This document shows, in pieces, positions 20,592 to 34,072 of a DNA stretch of 64,000 bases. Each line of letters starts with the position of its first letter. Position 1 is the first letter of the stretch. Made by a program: the position numbers and the translations under genes. Under the pieces are notes generated by a model. The model ran no database searches, was not told the origin of the DNA, and saw only the letters and a list, made by a program, of their open reading frames with translations. Source of the DNA: Candidatus Eiseniibacteriota bacterium (GTDB lineage Bacteria > Eisenbacteria > RBG-16-71-46); NCBI GenBank assembly GCA_038068435.1, contig JBBTLZ010000019.1:7218-71217 (forward strand), read 5' to 3'.

Positions 20592-21992
20592 ATGTCTGTC
20601 CAGCCGATGCTGCCAGAGGCCACGACTCAGCTCTGGGGGCAGGTCCTCTCGGCGGTACAGATCAAGCTCGAGACCCAGCAGGCGTTCGACACCTGGCTCA
20701 AGCCGATCGTGCCGCTCACGCTCAGCCCCCAACTCGTCGAGCTCGAAGTCCCCAACCCATTCTTCATCGATTGGATCCACCAGTATCACCTTCGCTCACT
20801 GCGCCAGAGCCTCCAGGAGGTCTTCGGCACCGAGCCCGAGATCCGCTTCTCCGCCCGCGATCCCGTCGCGGTGACGAGCCCACCGGCGCCGGTGACGCCC
20901 ACGCCGGCGCCCGCCACGTCGCTGGCGGAGCCGGTCCCGCCTCGCGGCGACCGCGCCTGGCTGGACAGCCGGCTCAATCCGCGGCTGACCTTCGCCAGCT
21001 TCGTGGTGGGCAGCAGCAACGCCTTCGCCCACGCCGGGTGCCGCGCCGTGGCCGGACGGCCCGGGGAGGCGTACAACCCGCTCTTCATCTTCGCCGGCTC
21101 GGGTCTCGGCAAGACCCATCTGCTCCACGCGATCGGCCATGCGGTGCGGCAGAACCGGCCGGGCGCGCGCGTCTACTACGTCTCGGCCGAGCGCTTCACC
21201 AACGAGATGATCTACTCGATCCAGCACGCGCAGACGCTCGCGTTCCGCAACAAGTACCGCAACGTGGACGTCCTGCTGATCGACGACATCCAGTTCCTGG
21301 CCGGCAAGGAGAGCACGCAGGAGGAGTTCTTCTACACGTTCAACGCCCTGCGCGACGCGCACAAGCAGGTCGTGGTCACGGCCGACAAGGCCCCCAAGGA
21401 CATCCCGATGCTCGAGGAGCGGCTGACCTCGCGCTTCAACCAGGGCCTGGTGACCGACATCAAGCAGCCCGACCTCGAGACGCGCATGGCGATCCTCCGC
21501 AACCGCCTCGAGCAGGACGGCGACGGGGTGAAGCTCCCGGACGACGTGCTGCTGCTGGTCGCGGATCGCATCCGCAACAACATCCGCGACCTCGAAGGTT
21601 GCCTGGTGCGCGTGCTGGCGCTGGGCTCCCTGCTGCACCAGGAGATCACCCTCACGCTGGCCGAGGAGGTGCTGCAGCACTACGTGAACCCCGAGCCCGA
21701 CCAGATGACGCCCGAACGCATCCTCGCCGCGGTGTCGGACCGCTTCGGGATCAAGGTCGAGGCGCTGTGCGGACAGCGGCGCACGCAGAGCGTGGCACTG
21801 CCGCGCCAGGTGGCGATGTACCTCATGCGACAGCTCACCGACCTCTCGCTGGTCGAGATCGGCCGCGCGTTCGGCGGCCGGGACCACACGACGGTGATCT
21901 ACGCCTGCGACAAGGTGGGCGGACTCATCCGCGGCGACAGCGCGCTGGCCGACAAGGTCAACGGCCTGATCTCCACGCTGGCTTCGGGATGA
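20592..21992 (+). CDS. dnaA: Chromosomal replication initiator DnaA
   Basis: YNPLFIFAGSGLGKTHLL, LLIDDIQF, NIRDLEG, FGGRDHTTVIYA. Start chosen at MSVQPM rather than the upstream TTG. Confidence 0.98.
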   Translation: MSVQPMLPEATTQLWGQVLSAVQIKLETQQAFDTWLKPIVPLTLSPQLVELEVPNPFFIDWIHQYHLRSLRQSLQEVFGTEPEIRFSARDPVAVTSPPAPVTPTPAPATSLAEPVPPRGDRAWLDSRLNPRLTFASFVVGSSNAFAHAGCRAVAGRPGEAYNPLFIFAGSGLGKTHLLHAIGHAVRQNRPGARVYYVSAERFTNEMIYSIQHAQTLAFRNKYRNVDVLLIDDIQFLAGKESTQEEFFYTFNALRDAHKQVVVTADKAPKDIPMLEERLTSRFNQGLVTDIKQPDLETRMAILRNRLEQDGDGVKLPDDVLLLVADRIRNNIRDLEGCLVRVLALGSLLHQEITLTLAEEVLQHYVNPEPDQMTPERILAAVSDRFGIKVEALCGQRRTQSVALPRQVAMYLMRQLTDLSLVEIGRAFGGRDHTTVIYACDKVGGLIRGDSALADKVNGLISTLASG

Positions 21993-22304
21993 GATGTGGA
22001 GGACCGGTCGAGGAATGGGGACGGATGGCGGGTCCTGCCAGCGCGGTCCGCAGGGAGTGGAAAACCCGGGGCCCATTCCACATTCCCGCGGCGCCCGCCA
22101 TCGCCTTCTCCGGTAACCACTTATGGCCGTGCGGCGAGCGCTTTCCACGGACCCCACAGGCCCTACGGTGACTATCTTCTTTCTTATTGAATAACAATGA
22201 CTTAGAAGGCTAGAAAGTGCTTGCGGAGCGACCGGGGTGCTCCCTATCATGCAGCCGCGTGACGAAGAAGCCCCTGGTCGACCCCGCCGAGAGGCTCGGA
22301 ACTT
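21993..22304. other. Predicted oriC unwinding region between dnaA and dnaN
   Basis: DnaA-box-like 9-mers at 21995, 22056, 22074, 22141 and 22150, then GGCC, then the AT-rich tract ACTATCTTCTTTCTTATTGAATAACAATGACTTAG (from 22171). Confidence 0.75.
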
Positions 22305-22346
22305 ATGACCGGACTTGAACTTCCTACCCGTCATGGAGTGACCGCG

Positions 22347-25745
<3,399 letters not shown>

Positions 25746-25746
<1 letters not shown>

Positions 25747-26330
25747 TGCGCGTGCGAACCCTTCTCGTCGCCGCGCTGATCGCGGCCGGGGCGTCGCGCG
25801 CGGCGGCGGCCGGGGCGGGTGCGCGCGCGGAGGTCGTCGCCGGCGTCGGTGGGACCACCGCGGTCGAGGGCGAGCCGGGCGACGGCGGGGCCTCGCTCTC
25901 GCTCTCGTTGCTGTGGCCGCTCGAAGACCATTTCCGCTTCGGCCTGATGGGCTTCGCGGACGACCTCGGCGAGCGGCGTGGTCGGCTGGTCGCGCCGGGC
26001 GGCGTCGACCTGGGCCCGGTCGCGGAGGTCCATCGCGCGGCGATCGGCGCGGCCTGGCGGATGGAGGCGCACCTGCCGTCGGTCGGCGCCTACGATTCGT
26101 TCGTGGCGGCCACCTGGGGTGCCTACCGCGTGACCGACGATGTGCGCGGCGCCACGACCCAGACGCTCGACGCGGCGGGCTTCGGGCTCGGCTTCGGCCT
26201 CGCGCGCCGCGTCGCCGGGGCGCATGGGGCCGGGATCACGCTGCGCTACCAGCAGCTCTCGCGCGGCGCGGCGCAGCGGTACCTGAGCGCGGCGGTGGAA
26301 TGGCGTTGGCACCGCAGAGCCACGGAATAG
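25746..26330 (+). CDS. Secreted / outer-membrane beta-barrel-like protein between gyrB and gyrA
   Basis: ATG overlaps the gyrB stop; signal peptide MRVRTLLVAALIAAG; amphipathic strands; host-like codon use. Confidence 0.65.
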
Positions 26331-26373
26331 CGCCGCCGCTCCGACGGGGCGCAAATCACATGGGACGGAGAGC

Positions 26374-29300
26374 ATGGCACTGAACGACCGCACCAAGATC
26401 GTCGACGTCACGATCGAATCCGAGATGAAGACCAGCTACATCGACTACGCGATGTCGGTCATCGTCTCGCGCGCCCTGCCCGACGTGCGCGACGGGCTCA
26501 AGCCCTCGCAGCGCCGCATCCTGGTGGCGATGAACGACCTCAACCTGATGCCCGGCCGTGGCTACCGCAAGTGCGCCAAGATCGCCGGCGATACGTCGGG
26601 CAACTACCACCCGCACGGCGAGCAGGTGGTCTACCCGACGCTGGTGCGCATGGCGCAGAACTGGGTGATGCGGTACCCGCTGGTGGACGGGCAGGGGAAT
26701 TTCGGCAGCATCGACGGCGACGCACCGGCCGCGATGCGATATTGCGTTGCCGGAAATACGCGTGTGGCCACCCCCGCCGGGACAGTGCGGATCGATTCGA
26801 TCGTGGCGGGCGCACACGCGGATTCGGATCACGACATCTCGCTGGAGCTGTTCGATCGGCTCGGACGGCCCGTACGGGCGTCGAAGCTGTTCCATTCCGG
26901 CAGTCATCCAACGCTGCGTTTGCGAACGATCGAAGGCTACGAGCTGATTGGGACCAGCAATCATCCGGTGCTCTGTCTGGAGAACGTCGGAGACGTTCCG
27001 GGGATTGCGTGGAAGTTGCTCGAGGAGATCGAGGCCGGCGACCGGGTCCTCGTCTCGCGGACGCCGCGCCCGGCGGCCGAGGTCCTGACGGATCGCGAGC
27101 GACGGCTCGCGGTTCTCCTGGGCGCTTTCATCTCCGAAGGCTGGATCTCGGTTTCCCGTGCCGGCTTCAACAACATCGACCGCCAGTACTTCGACCTCGT
27201 GGTCGCCGCGTACGACGATGTCGTCGGCGGGCGGCGCTACGTGAACGCGCGAACGATCGCGTCGGGGAGCGTGTTGTTCGAGCTCGACATCCAGAACCTG
27301 GAACGCCTGCGCGAGAGTCCGCTCGGCGAGGTTCACGGGCGAAGTCGTCAGAAAGCCGTTCCCGAATCCGTATGGATGGCGAGCGGTTCCTTCAAACGCG
27401 CATTCCTTCAGTCGCTGTTCACCGGCGACGGGTCGTCCTCGTTGCTGCCACGCAACACGATTCAGGTCTCCTACTCGACCGTCAGCGAACAGCTCGCCCG
27501 CGACGTCCAGATCCTGCTGCTCGAGTTCGGTGTGGTGAGCCGAATCTCTCGCTACGCCAAGGGGGAGTACAAGATCGTCTTGACCAACCGGCGGGATGCG
27601 CGGCAGTTCGCGCGGGAGGTGGGCTTCATCGGATGGAAGCAGGAGAAGCTCGAAGCGGATTTGGCGGGGATCCCGCAGGCCAGTCGAGCGCTCAGCCACG
27701 ACCACGTCCCGATGCTGGCCGGATACATCCGCGCCCGATCGGAGTCGTGGAAGGAAGGTGATTGGCTGAGGCGGCACAATGTCGACCGCATCGAGCGCTC
27801 GGAACAGGGCGGTGCGGCCATTCTGGAACGCATCGAATCGGCCGAGGTTCGTCGCGTCGCCACCTCCCTGGCCACGGCCGAATATTACTACGCCGAGGTC
27901 GAGTCGGTCGTCGATGCGGGTGTGCGCGCGGTCTATTCCTTGCGCGTCGAGACCGACGAACACGCATTCGTGACCAATGGATTCATCAGCCACAACACCG
28001 AGGCGCGGCTGACGGCCCTGGCGGCGGAGATGCTCGCCGACCTCGAGAAGAACACCGTCGACTTCCGCCCCAACTACGACGAGACGCGCGAGGAGCCCGC
28101 GATCCTCCCGACCGTGGTGCCCAACCTGCTCATCAACGGCTGCTCGGGCATCGCCGTCGGGATGGCGACCGAGGTGCCGCCGCACAACCTGACCGAGATC
28201 TGCGACGCGATCGCCTTCGTCATCGATCACCCGGAGTCGGCACCCGCCGACCTGCTGAAGATCGTCAAGGGCCCGGACTTTCCGACCGGCGGCATCATCT
28301 ACGGCACGCAGGGCATCCGCGACTGCTATACCAACGGGCGCGGGCTGATCAAGATGCGCGCGAAGGTGCAGGTCGAGGAGGGCCGGCAGGGGCGCATGAG
28401 CCTGGTGGCGACGGAGATCCCGTTCCAGGTCAACAAGGGGGCGCTGCTCGAGAAGATCGCGGACCTGGTCAAGGACGGCCGCGTGGCCGGGATCAGCGAC
28501 CTGCGCGACGAGTCGGACCGCGACGGGATGCGCATCGTCATCGAGCTGAAGAAGGACGCCAACCCGAAGGTCGTCCTCAACCAGCTGTTCGTGCACTCGC
28601 CGCTCCAGACCACCTTCGGCGCCATCATGCTGGCGCTGGTGGACCAGCGGCCGCAGGTGCTCACGCTCCGCAGCTTGGTCGACCAGTACGTCCTCTTCCG
28701 CCAGATCGTGGTGCGGCGCCGCACCGAGTTCGACCTCGCAGAGGCCGAGAAGCGGGCCCACATCCTCGAGGGGCTCAAGATCGCCCTCGACCATCTGGAC
28801 GCCGTCATCACGCTGATCCGCAAGTCGAAGGACGTCGAGGCCGCGCGCACCGGGCTGATGAGCGAGTTCAAGCTCAGCGAGATCCAGGCCAACGCGATCC
28901 TCGAGATGCGCCTGGCGCGGCTGACCGGCCTCGAGCGCAGGAAGGTCGAGGACGAGTACCTCGAGATCATCAAGCTCATCGAGCGGCTCAAGAGCATCCT
29001 CGCCAGCCCGAAGAAGATCCTCGGCATCATCAAGGACGAGGTCGCGCGACTTCGAGAAAAGTACGGTGACGCCCGCCGCACCGAGATCATGGCGGAGGAG
29101 GGCGACATCAACTACGAGGACACCATCGAGCAGAAGGACATGGTGATCACCATCTCCCACGCCGGCTACATCAAGCGGCAGGAGATCTCCTCGTACCGCT
29201 CCCAGCGCCGCGGCGGCAAGGGCGTGATCGGCGCCCGGACCAAGGAAGAGGACTTCATCGAGCACCTGTTCGTGGCTGGCACCCACAGCTACCTGCTGTT

Positions 29301-30150
29301 CCTCACCGACCGCGGGCGGTGCTACTGGCTCAAGGTTCACGAGGTCGAACAGGCCGGGCGCACGGCGCGCGGCCGGCCGCTGGTGAACCACCTCGAGGGG
29401 TTGTCGCGCGACGAGCGCGTGCAGGCCGTGGTCGCGGTGAAGGAGTTCGACGACCAGCACTACCTCGTGTGCGCCACCCGGAAGGGCCTGATCAAGAAGA
29501 CCGTGCTGTCGTCCTACGGCAACCCGCGCCGGGGCGGGATCAACGCGGTGCTGCTCGAGGAGGGCGACGGGCTGTTTGAGGCGATCCTCACCGACGGCGC
29601 GCAGGACATCATCCTCGCCAAGAAGCACGGGCATGCGATCCGCTTTGCCGAGAGCGAGGTGCGGCCGATGGGCCGGACCGCTTACGGGGTCAAGGCGGTC
29701 ACGCTCGACGACGAGACGGACGAGGTCGTGAGCATGGTCGCGGTGAAGCGGCAGGCGACGCTGCTGGCCGTGACCGAGAACGGCTACGGCAAGCGCAGCG
29801 AGATCGGCGAGTACCGGGTCTCGCACCGCGGCGGCAAGGGCATCATCACCATCAAGACCACCGACCGGAACGGCCCGGTGGTGGCGGTGAAGGAAGTCGT
29901 GGACGGCGACGAGCTGATGATCATCACGCGCTCGGGACAGCTCATCCGGATGCCGGTGAAGGGCATCTCGGTGATAGGTCGCAACACGCAGGGGGTGCGT
30001 CTGGTCAACCTGGCGGCGGCGGGGGAGGGCGACCTGCTCCCCGACGCGGTGGCGGGCGTGACCCGCGTGGTGGGCGAAGAGGACGAGGGCGTGACCAACG
30101 GGGCGGACGGCGAGGCCGGCGCAGCGCCCGAGGAGACCCCCGCGGGCTGA
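26374..30150 (+). CDS. gyrA: DNA gyrase subunit A precursor containing an intein
   Basis: [23 protein letters not shown]|intein|TEARL, GyrA-box QRRGGKG, C-terminal beta-pinwheel repeats. Confidence 0.98.
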   Translation: MALNDRTKIVDVTIESEMKTSYIDYAMSVIVSRALPDVRDGLKPSQRRILVAMNDLNLMPGRGYRKCAKIAGDTSGNYHPHGEQVVYPTLVRMAQNWVMRYPLVDGQGNFGSIDGDAPAAMRYCVAGNTRVATPAGTVRIDSIVAGAHADSDHDISLELFDRLGRPVRASKLFHSGSHPTLRLRTIEGYELIGTSNHPVLCLENVGDVPGIAWKLLEEIEAGDRVLVSRTPRPAAEVLTDRERRLAVLLGAFISEGWISVSRAGFNNIDRQYFDLVVAAYDDVVGGRRYVNARTIASGSVLFELDIQNLERLRESPLGEVHGRSRQKAVPESVWMASGSFKRAFLQSLFTGDGSSSLLPRNTIQVSYSTVSEQLARDVQILLLEFGVVSRISRYAKGEYKIVLTNRRDARQFAREVGFIGWKQEKLEADLAGIPQASRALSHDHVPMLAGYIRARSESWKEGDWLRRHNVDRIERSEQGGAAILERIESAEVRRVATSLATAEYYYAEVESVVDAGVRAVYSLRVETDEHAFVTNGFISHNTEARLTALAAEMLADLEKNTVDFRPNYDETREEPAILPTVVPNLLINGCSGIAVGMATEVPPHNLTEICDAIAFVIDHPESAPADLLKIVKGPDFPTGGIIYGTQGIRDCYTNGRGLIKMRAKVQVEEGRQGRMSLVATEIPFQVNKGALLEKIADLVKDGRVAGISDLRDESDRDGMRIVIELKKDANPKVVLNQLFVHSPLQTTFGAIMLALVDQRPQVLTLRSLVDQYVLFRQIVVRRRTEFDLAEAEKRAHILEGLKIALDHLDAVITLIRKSKDVEAARTGLMSEFKLSEIQANAILEMRLARLTGLERRKVEDEYLEIIKLIERLKSILASPKKILGIIKDEVARLREKYGDARRTEIMAEEGDINYEDTIEQKDMVITISHAGYIKRQEISSYRSQRRGGKGVIGARTKEEDFIEHLFVAGTHSYLLFLTDRGRCYWLKVHEVEQAGRTARGRPLVNHLEGLSRDERVQAVVAVKEFDDQHYLVCATRKGLIKKTVLSSYGNPRRGGINAVLLEEGDGLFEAILTDGAQDIILAKKHGHAIRFAESEVRPMGRTAYGVKAVTLDDETDEVVSMVAVKRQATLLAVTENGYGKRSEIGEYRVSHRGGKGIITIKTTDRNGPVVAVKEVVDGDELMIITRSGQLIRMPVKGISVIGRNTQGVRLVNLAAAGEGDLLPDAVAGVTRVVGEEDEGVTNGADGEAGAAPEETPAG
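26743..27996 (+). mobile_element. GyrA intein (418 aa) with LAGLIDADG homing endonuclease
   Basis: Starts with Cys (CVAGNTRV), block B TSNHPVL, endonuclease blocks LLGAFISEG and [10 protein letters not shown], ends FISHN with +1 Thr; visibly more A/T-ending codons than the flanks. Confidence 0.95.
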
Positions 30151-30281
30151 CCCGGCCGGTCCGGCAGGACTGCGTTCGTGAGCGCCCGCCGGCGAGGCCC
30201 CCGCGCACGGCCCTGCGCGCGGGTACTCTCCCGGGCGCCGGCATCCGTGACCGACATGCAGGCGCGTTGCCGTGAGGGTAT

Positions 30282-30299
30282 TTGTGAAATAGTTCACCT
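30282..30299. promoter_or_regulatory. Rex operator overlapping the rex promoter
   Basis: TTGTGAA-ATAG-TTCACCT vs consensus TTGTGAA-N4-TTCACAA; overlaps the -10 of TTGCCG-N17-TAGTTC. Confidence 0.8.
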
Positions 30300-30394
30300 G
30301 CAGGCGGGTGAACGGATCGTCCGCCGCCAGCGGGGCGGACGATCCGTTCGCACGCGAGGAGGTTGCCCTCCTTCGTCTCGGGGGGCGCCGAGCG

Positions 30395-31048
30395 ATGCCG
30401 CGCATCTCCGAATCCACCGTCCGCCGCCTCTCGCACTACTACCGCGTGCTCGAGGAGGTCGAGGACGAAGGCAAGCGCCTCATCTCCTCCCACCGGCTGG
30501 CCGAGCGCGAGGGCGTGACCTCGGCGCAGGTCCGCAAGGACCTCTCGTGCTTCGGCTCGTTCGGCCGGCGCGGCCTCGGCTACAACGTCGCCCACCTGCG
30601 CAAGGAGATCCGCGCCATCCTGGGGCTCGACCGCCGCTGGCGCGTCGCGGTGGTCGGGGCCGGGAACCTCGGGACGGCGCTGATGCTCTATCGCGGCTTC
30701 GCGAAGCAGGGTTTCGACGTGGTGGCCGCGTTCGACCGCGACCCCGCGCGCATCGGCCAGCCCCTCGGTGACCTGGTGGTGCGCGACATCGCCGAGCTGC
30801 CGGCCGCCGCGAAGAACGTCGGCTTCGACATGGGCGTCATCGCCACGCCGCTGCGCGCCGCGCAGGACGTGGCGGACGCGCTGGTGGCGGCGGGGGTGCG
30901 CGGCATCCTGAACCTCGCCCCGCGGAAGCTGTTCGTGCCCTCGCACGTGGCCCTGCGCACCGTGGACATGACGGTCGAGTTCGAGAGCCTCTCCTTCGCG
31001 CTCAACAGCCTCACGCCGCCCGCGCGCCGCCGCCGCCCGCGCGCGTGA
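30395..31048 (+). CDS. rex: Redox-sensing transcriptional repressor Rex
   Basis: STVRRLSHYYR, SAQVRKDLSCFG...GLGY, VVGAGNLG, GILNLAP. Confidence 0.95.
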   Translation: MPRISESTVRRLSHYYRVLEEVEDEGKRLISSHRLAEREGVTSAQVRKDLSCFGSFGRRGLGYNVAHLRKEIRAILGLDRRWRVAVVGAGNLGTALMLYRGFAKQGFDVVAAFDRDPARIGQPLGDLVVRDIAELPAAAKNVGFDMGVIATPLRAAQDVADALVAAGVRGILNLAPRKLFVPSHVALRTVDMTVEFESLSFALNSLTPPARRRRPRA

Positions 31049-31052
31049 CCCG

Positions 31053-32066
31053 GTGAGCCCGGCGGGCCGCAGCGGGCCGCATCCGGTCGCCGCGATGGTG
31101 ATGGCGACCCTGCTGTGGGGCGCCACGTTCGTGGTCCTGCGCGACAGCCTCGCTCACCTCGCGCCCGCCGCGCTGGTGGCGACCCGCTTCAGCGCCGCGG
31201 CGATGCTGTTCGCCCTCGCTGTGCTCGCTCGGCGGCGCCCGCTGGATCGCGCGACCGTGGTCGGGGGCGCGGTGACCGGCCTGCTGACCGCCGGCGGCTA
31301 TCTCTTCCAGGCCATCGGCCTCACCGCCACCAGCGCGGGCTCGTCGGCGTTCCTCACCGGCACCGGCACGCTCCTCGCGGCGCTCTTCGCGTGGCCGCTG
31401 CTGCGCCAGCGACCGACCACGTGGCTGGTACTGGGATTGCTGCTGGCAATGGCGGGCTCGGCGCTGCTCTCGCTGCGCGGCGCGTGGCGCGTGGGGGTCG
31501 GCGAGGCGTGGACGCTGCTCGGCGCCGCGATCTACGCGCTGCAGATCGTCGAGGTGGCGCGCTGGGCGCCGCGCGCCGACGCGGTGGCCCTCACCGGCAT
31601 CCAGGCGGGGGTGGTCGCCGCGTGCACGCTCCCGTTCGCCGGCGACCTCGCAGGCCAGCTGCGATCGCTGGACGGCGCCGGCTGGGCGCGGGTCGGCTAC
31701 CTCGCCGTGTGCGGGAGCGTCGTGGCGCCGCTGCTCCAGGTGCTGGCGCAGCGCACGCTGCCGGCGGGGCGCGTGGGGCTGCTGTTCGCGCTCGAGCCGG
31801 TCTTCGCGCTCGGCTTCGCCATCACCGCCGGCGGCGAGCGCTTCGTGGCGCGCTGGTGGGCCGGCGCCGCGCTCATCCTTTGCGCGGTCGTGATGGTGGA
31901 GTGGCGCGAGGCGCGGTCGGCCGCGGCCACGCCTCCGCCAGCCACCGCCGGAGGCGCTCGAGGATCTTCGGGTCGCGGCGGAACAGGGTCGCGTGCGTGC
32001 CGGGCTTGTCGGTGTCGGCGACCCGCGAGGCGCGCTGGTCGCAGACCCGGTAGAGCGAGTCGATGA
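31053..32066 (+). CDS. EamA/DMT-family transporter
   Basis: LLWGATF, GYLFQAIGL, LFALEPVFA; about ten hydrophobic helices plus an Arg-rich tail overlapping the convergent gene. Confidence 0.85.
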   Translation: MSPAGRSGPHPVAAMVMATLLWGATFVVLRDSLAHLAPAALVATRFSAAAMLFALAVLARRRPLDRATVVGGAVTGLLTAGGYLFQAIGLTATSAGSSAFLTGTGTLLAALFAWPLLRQRPTTWLVLGLLLAMAGSALLSLRGAWRVGVGEAWTLLGAAIYALQIVEVARWAPRADAVALTGIQAGVVAACTLPFAGDLAGQLRSLDGAGWARVGYLAVCGSVVAPLLQVLAQRTLPAGRVGLLFALEPVFALGFAITAGGERFVARWWAGAALILCAVVMVEWREARSAAATPPPATAGGARGSSGRGGTGSRACRACRCRRPARRAGRRPGRASR

Positions 32067-33333
32067 CCTCCCAGGTCGTGAAGTCCTCGGGTCCGGTCTG
32101 GAAGTAGACCGGGCGCCGCAGCGCCGCGAGGGTCGCGCGCATCGGGCCGCGGTCGACCGGGGAGGGGGTGGGGCTCACCAGCATCAGCACGCCGGCGCGT
32201 CGGTCGAGCCGCGCCGCCTCGACGGCGATCGGGGCGCTCGCGCCCACGCCGACCACGAGATACCGGGCAGTGTCCGCCTTCGCCTCACGCGCCAGCGCCC
32301 TCACCGCCGCGCGCACGTCCCCCGCGGATCGGGTCTGCATCTGCGCCTCGCGTCCCCGCCACGAGTCCGGCAGGGGGCAGCCGGCCGCCACGGAGCGGCC
32401 GGAGCCGCGCGGTTCGAGCAGCATCACCGCGAGCCCCATCCGGCGCAGCCCGACCGCGAGGGTGTCGTAGACGGCGAGCGTGTCGCCCGCCGCCACCAGC
32501 ACGACCGCGGCGCGCGGCCGCGCGGGCGCGCTCGGGGCGAGCAGCACGCCGCCGAGGGGGAAGCCGTCGCCGCCGGTGAAGCTCACGCGACGGGCGCTCA
32601 GGGCGGCGAGCAGCTCGGCTTCGACCTTGTCGCGCTGCGCGATCTCGTAGAGCAGCCGGGGCTCGAGACGCCGGCCCGCATTCAGTTTCTCGGCCGACTT
32701 CTTGAGCAGGTCCATCACGTCGACGTCGAGATTCCGCGAGGCCACGGCGAGCGGCGTGAGCAGGATGATCACGCGGGTCCAGTCGGCGCGCTCGAAGGCC
32801 ACGCACGCCATGCGGTATCGCCACTCCTGGCGGGTGCTGAGCCAGGTCTCGATCGGGGCCAACAGGCGCGCCGCGCTGTCCGCGCTTCCGGCGAGGTAGT
32901 GGGACCACGCGAACAGCCCCTGGACGGTGGCCGCGCCGACGTCCGGCAGCTCCGGCGTGACCGGCTGGATCGGGCGCAGGACCGCACGCGCCCTCTCCGC
33001 GTCGCCCTTCGCCAGGCGCATCAGCAGCGCCTCGGCGAGGTCGATGCGGCGCTCCGGACGGTGGTCGAGCCCGAACGTCCGCTGGTACAGGGCGACCGCG
33101 CTGTCCGGCTCGCCCTCGCGGGCGAAGCTCAGCCCGCGGTAGGCCAGCGCGCGCGCCGCCTCGGGCGCGTCCGTGGCAGCGACGGAGTCGGCGTGCGCGA
33201 GCAGGCGGGCCCGCAGCTCGGCCCCGGTGGGGGCCGCGAACAGCAGCGCGTCGCTGGTACTCGGCTGGGCGAGGGCGACCGCGGTGACGGCGAGGCTCAG
33301 GACGAGGGGGAGCAGGACCGCGACATGCCGCAT
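31873..33333 (-). CDS. Exported protein: TPR-like N-terminus plus alpha/beta-hydrolase-fold C-terminus
   Basis: Signal peptide MRHVAVLLPLV...ALA; TPR-like helices; FTGGDGFPLGG, LEPRGSGRS, VGVGASA, GTHATLF. Confidence 0.7.
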   Translation of the reverse strand: MRHVAVLLPLVLSLAVTAVALAQPSTSDALLFAAPTGAELRARLLAHADSVAATDAPEAARALAYRGLSFAREGEPDSAVALYQRTFGLDHRPERRIDLAEALLMRLAKGDAERARAVLRPIQPVTPELPDVGAATVQGLFAWSHYLAGSADSAARLLAPIETWLSTRQEWRYRMACVAFERADWTRVIILLTPLAVASRNLDVDVMDLLKKSAEKLNAGRRLEPRLLYEIAQRDKVEAELLAALSARRVSFTGGDGFPLGGVLLAPSAPARPRAAVVLVAAGDTLAVYDTLAVGLRRMGLAVMLLEPRGSGRSVAAGCPLPDSWRGREAQMQTRSAGDVRAAVRALAREAKADTARYLVVGVGASAPIAVEAARLDRRAGVLMLVSPTPSPVDRGPMRATLAALRRPVYFQTGPEDFTTWEVIDSLYRVCDQRASRVADTDKPGTHATLFRRDPKILERLRRWLAEAWPRPTAPRATPPSRPRKG

Positions 33334-33343
33334 GGAGATCTCC

Positions 33344-34072
33344 TCAGCGAGTGGATGGACCGGTGACGACCAGGAACTCGCGCTCGAGTGGGGAGAGGCC
33401 GGAGGGCGGAGCGCCCCAGGTCGAGCGCTCGATGACGCGCGCGACCCGGCCGCCGTGCAGCAGCACCGCGCGGTCGCAGAGGCGCTCGATGGTCTCGGTG
33501 ACGTGGCTCGAGAACAGCACCGCGCACCCCCCGGCCGCGAGCGCACGCAGCTCCGTCTTCGCGGCCAGCGCCCCGCCGGCGTCGAACCCCTCGAGCGCCT
33601 CGTCGCACAGCAGCACCGGCGGGCGATGCAGGACCGCGGCGATGAACGAGAGCTTCTTGCGCATGCCGTGCGAGAAGTGGTGGACGGGCTCGCGGGTGCG
33701 GTTCGCGAGGCCGAGGCCTTCGAGGAGGTCTGCGGCGCGCGCCCGCGCGGCGGCGGGATCCAGGCCGCGCACCGCGGCCACGAAGGCCAGATACTCTTCG
33801 GCCGACAGCTCCTCGTAGAAGCTCGGCTCCTCGGCGGCGTAGCCGAGCCGGCGCTTGGCCTCGATGGGCGACGCCCAGAGGTCGATGCCGCCGATCGTCA
33901 CCGTGCCCGCGTCCGGAGGCTGCAGCCCGGCGGCGGTCCGGAGCAGCGTGCTCTTGCCGGCGCCGTTGGCCCCCAGCAGGCCGGCGATCTCACCGGGCAC
34001 CACCGCGAGCGAGACGTCGTCGAGCGCGGTGAGCGCCCCGTAGCGCCGGGTGAGTCCGGAGACGCGGAGCAT
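33344..34072 (-). CDS. ABC transporter ATP-binding protein (export type)
   Basis: GANGAGKST, FSHGMRKKL, LLCDE, VLFSSH. Confidence 0.9.
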   Translation of the reverse strand: MLRVSGLTRRYGALTALDDVSLAVVPGEIAGLLGANGAGKSTLLRTAAGLQPPDAGTVTIGGIDLWASPIEAKRRLGYAAEEPSFYEELSAEEYLAFVAAVRGLDPAAARARAADLLEGLGLANRTREPVHHFSHGMRKKLSFIAAVLHRPPVLLCDEALEGFDAGGALAAKTELRALAAGGCAVLFSSHVTETIERLCDRAVLLHGGRVARVIERSTWGAPPSGLSPLEREFLVVTGPSTR

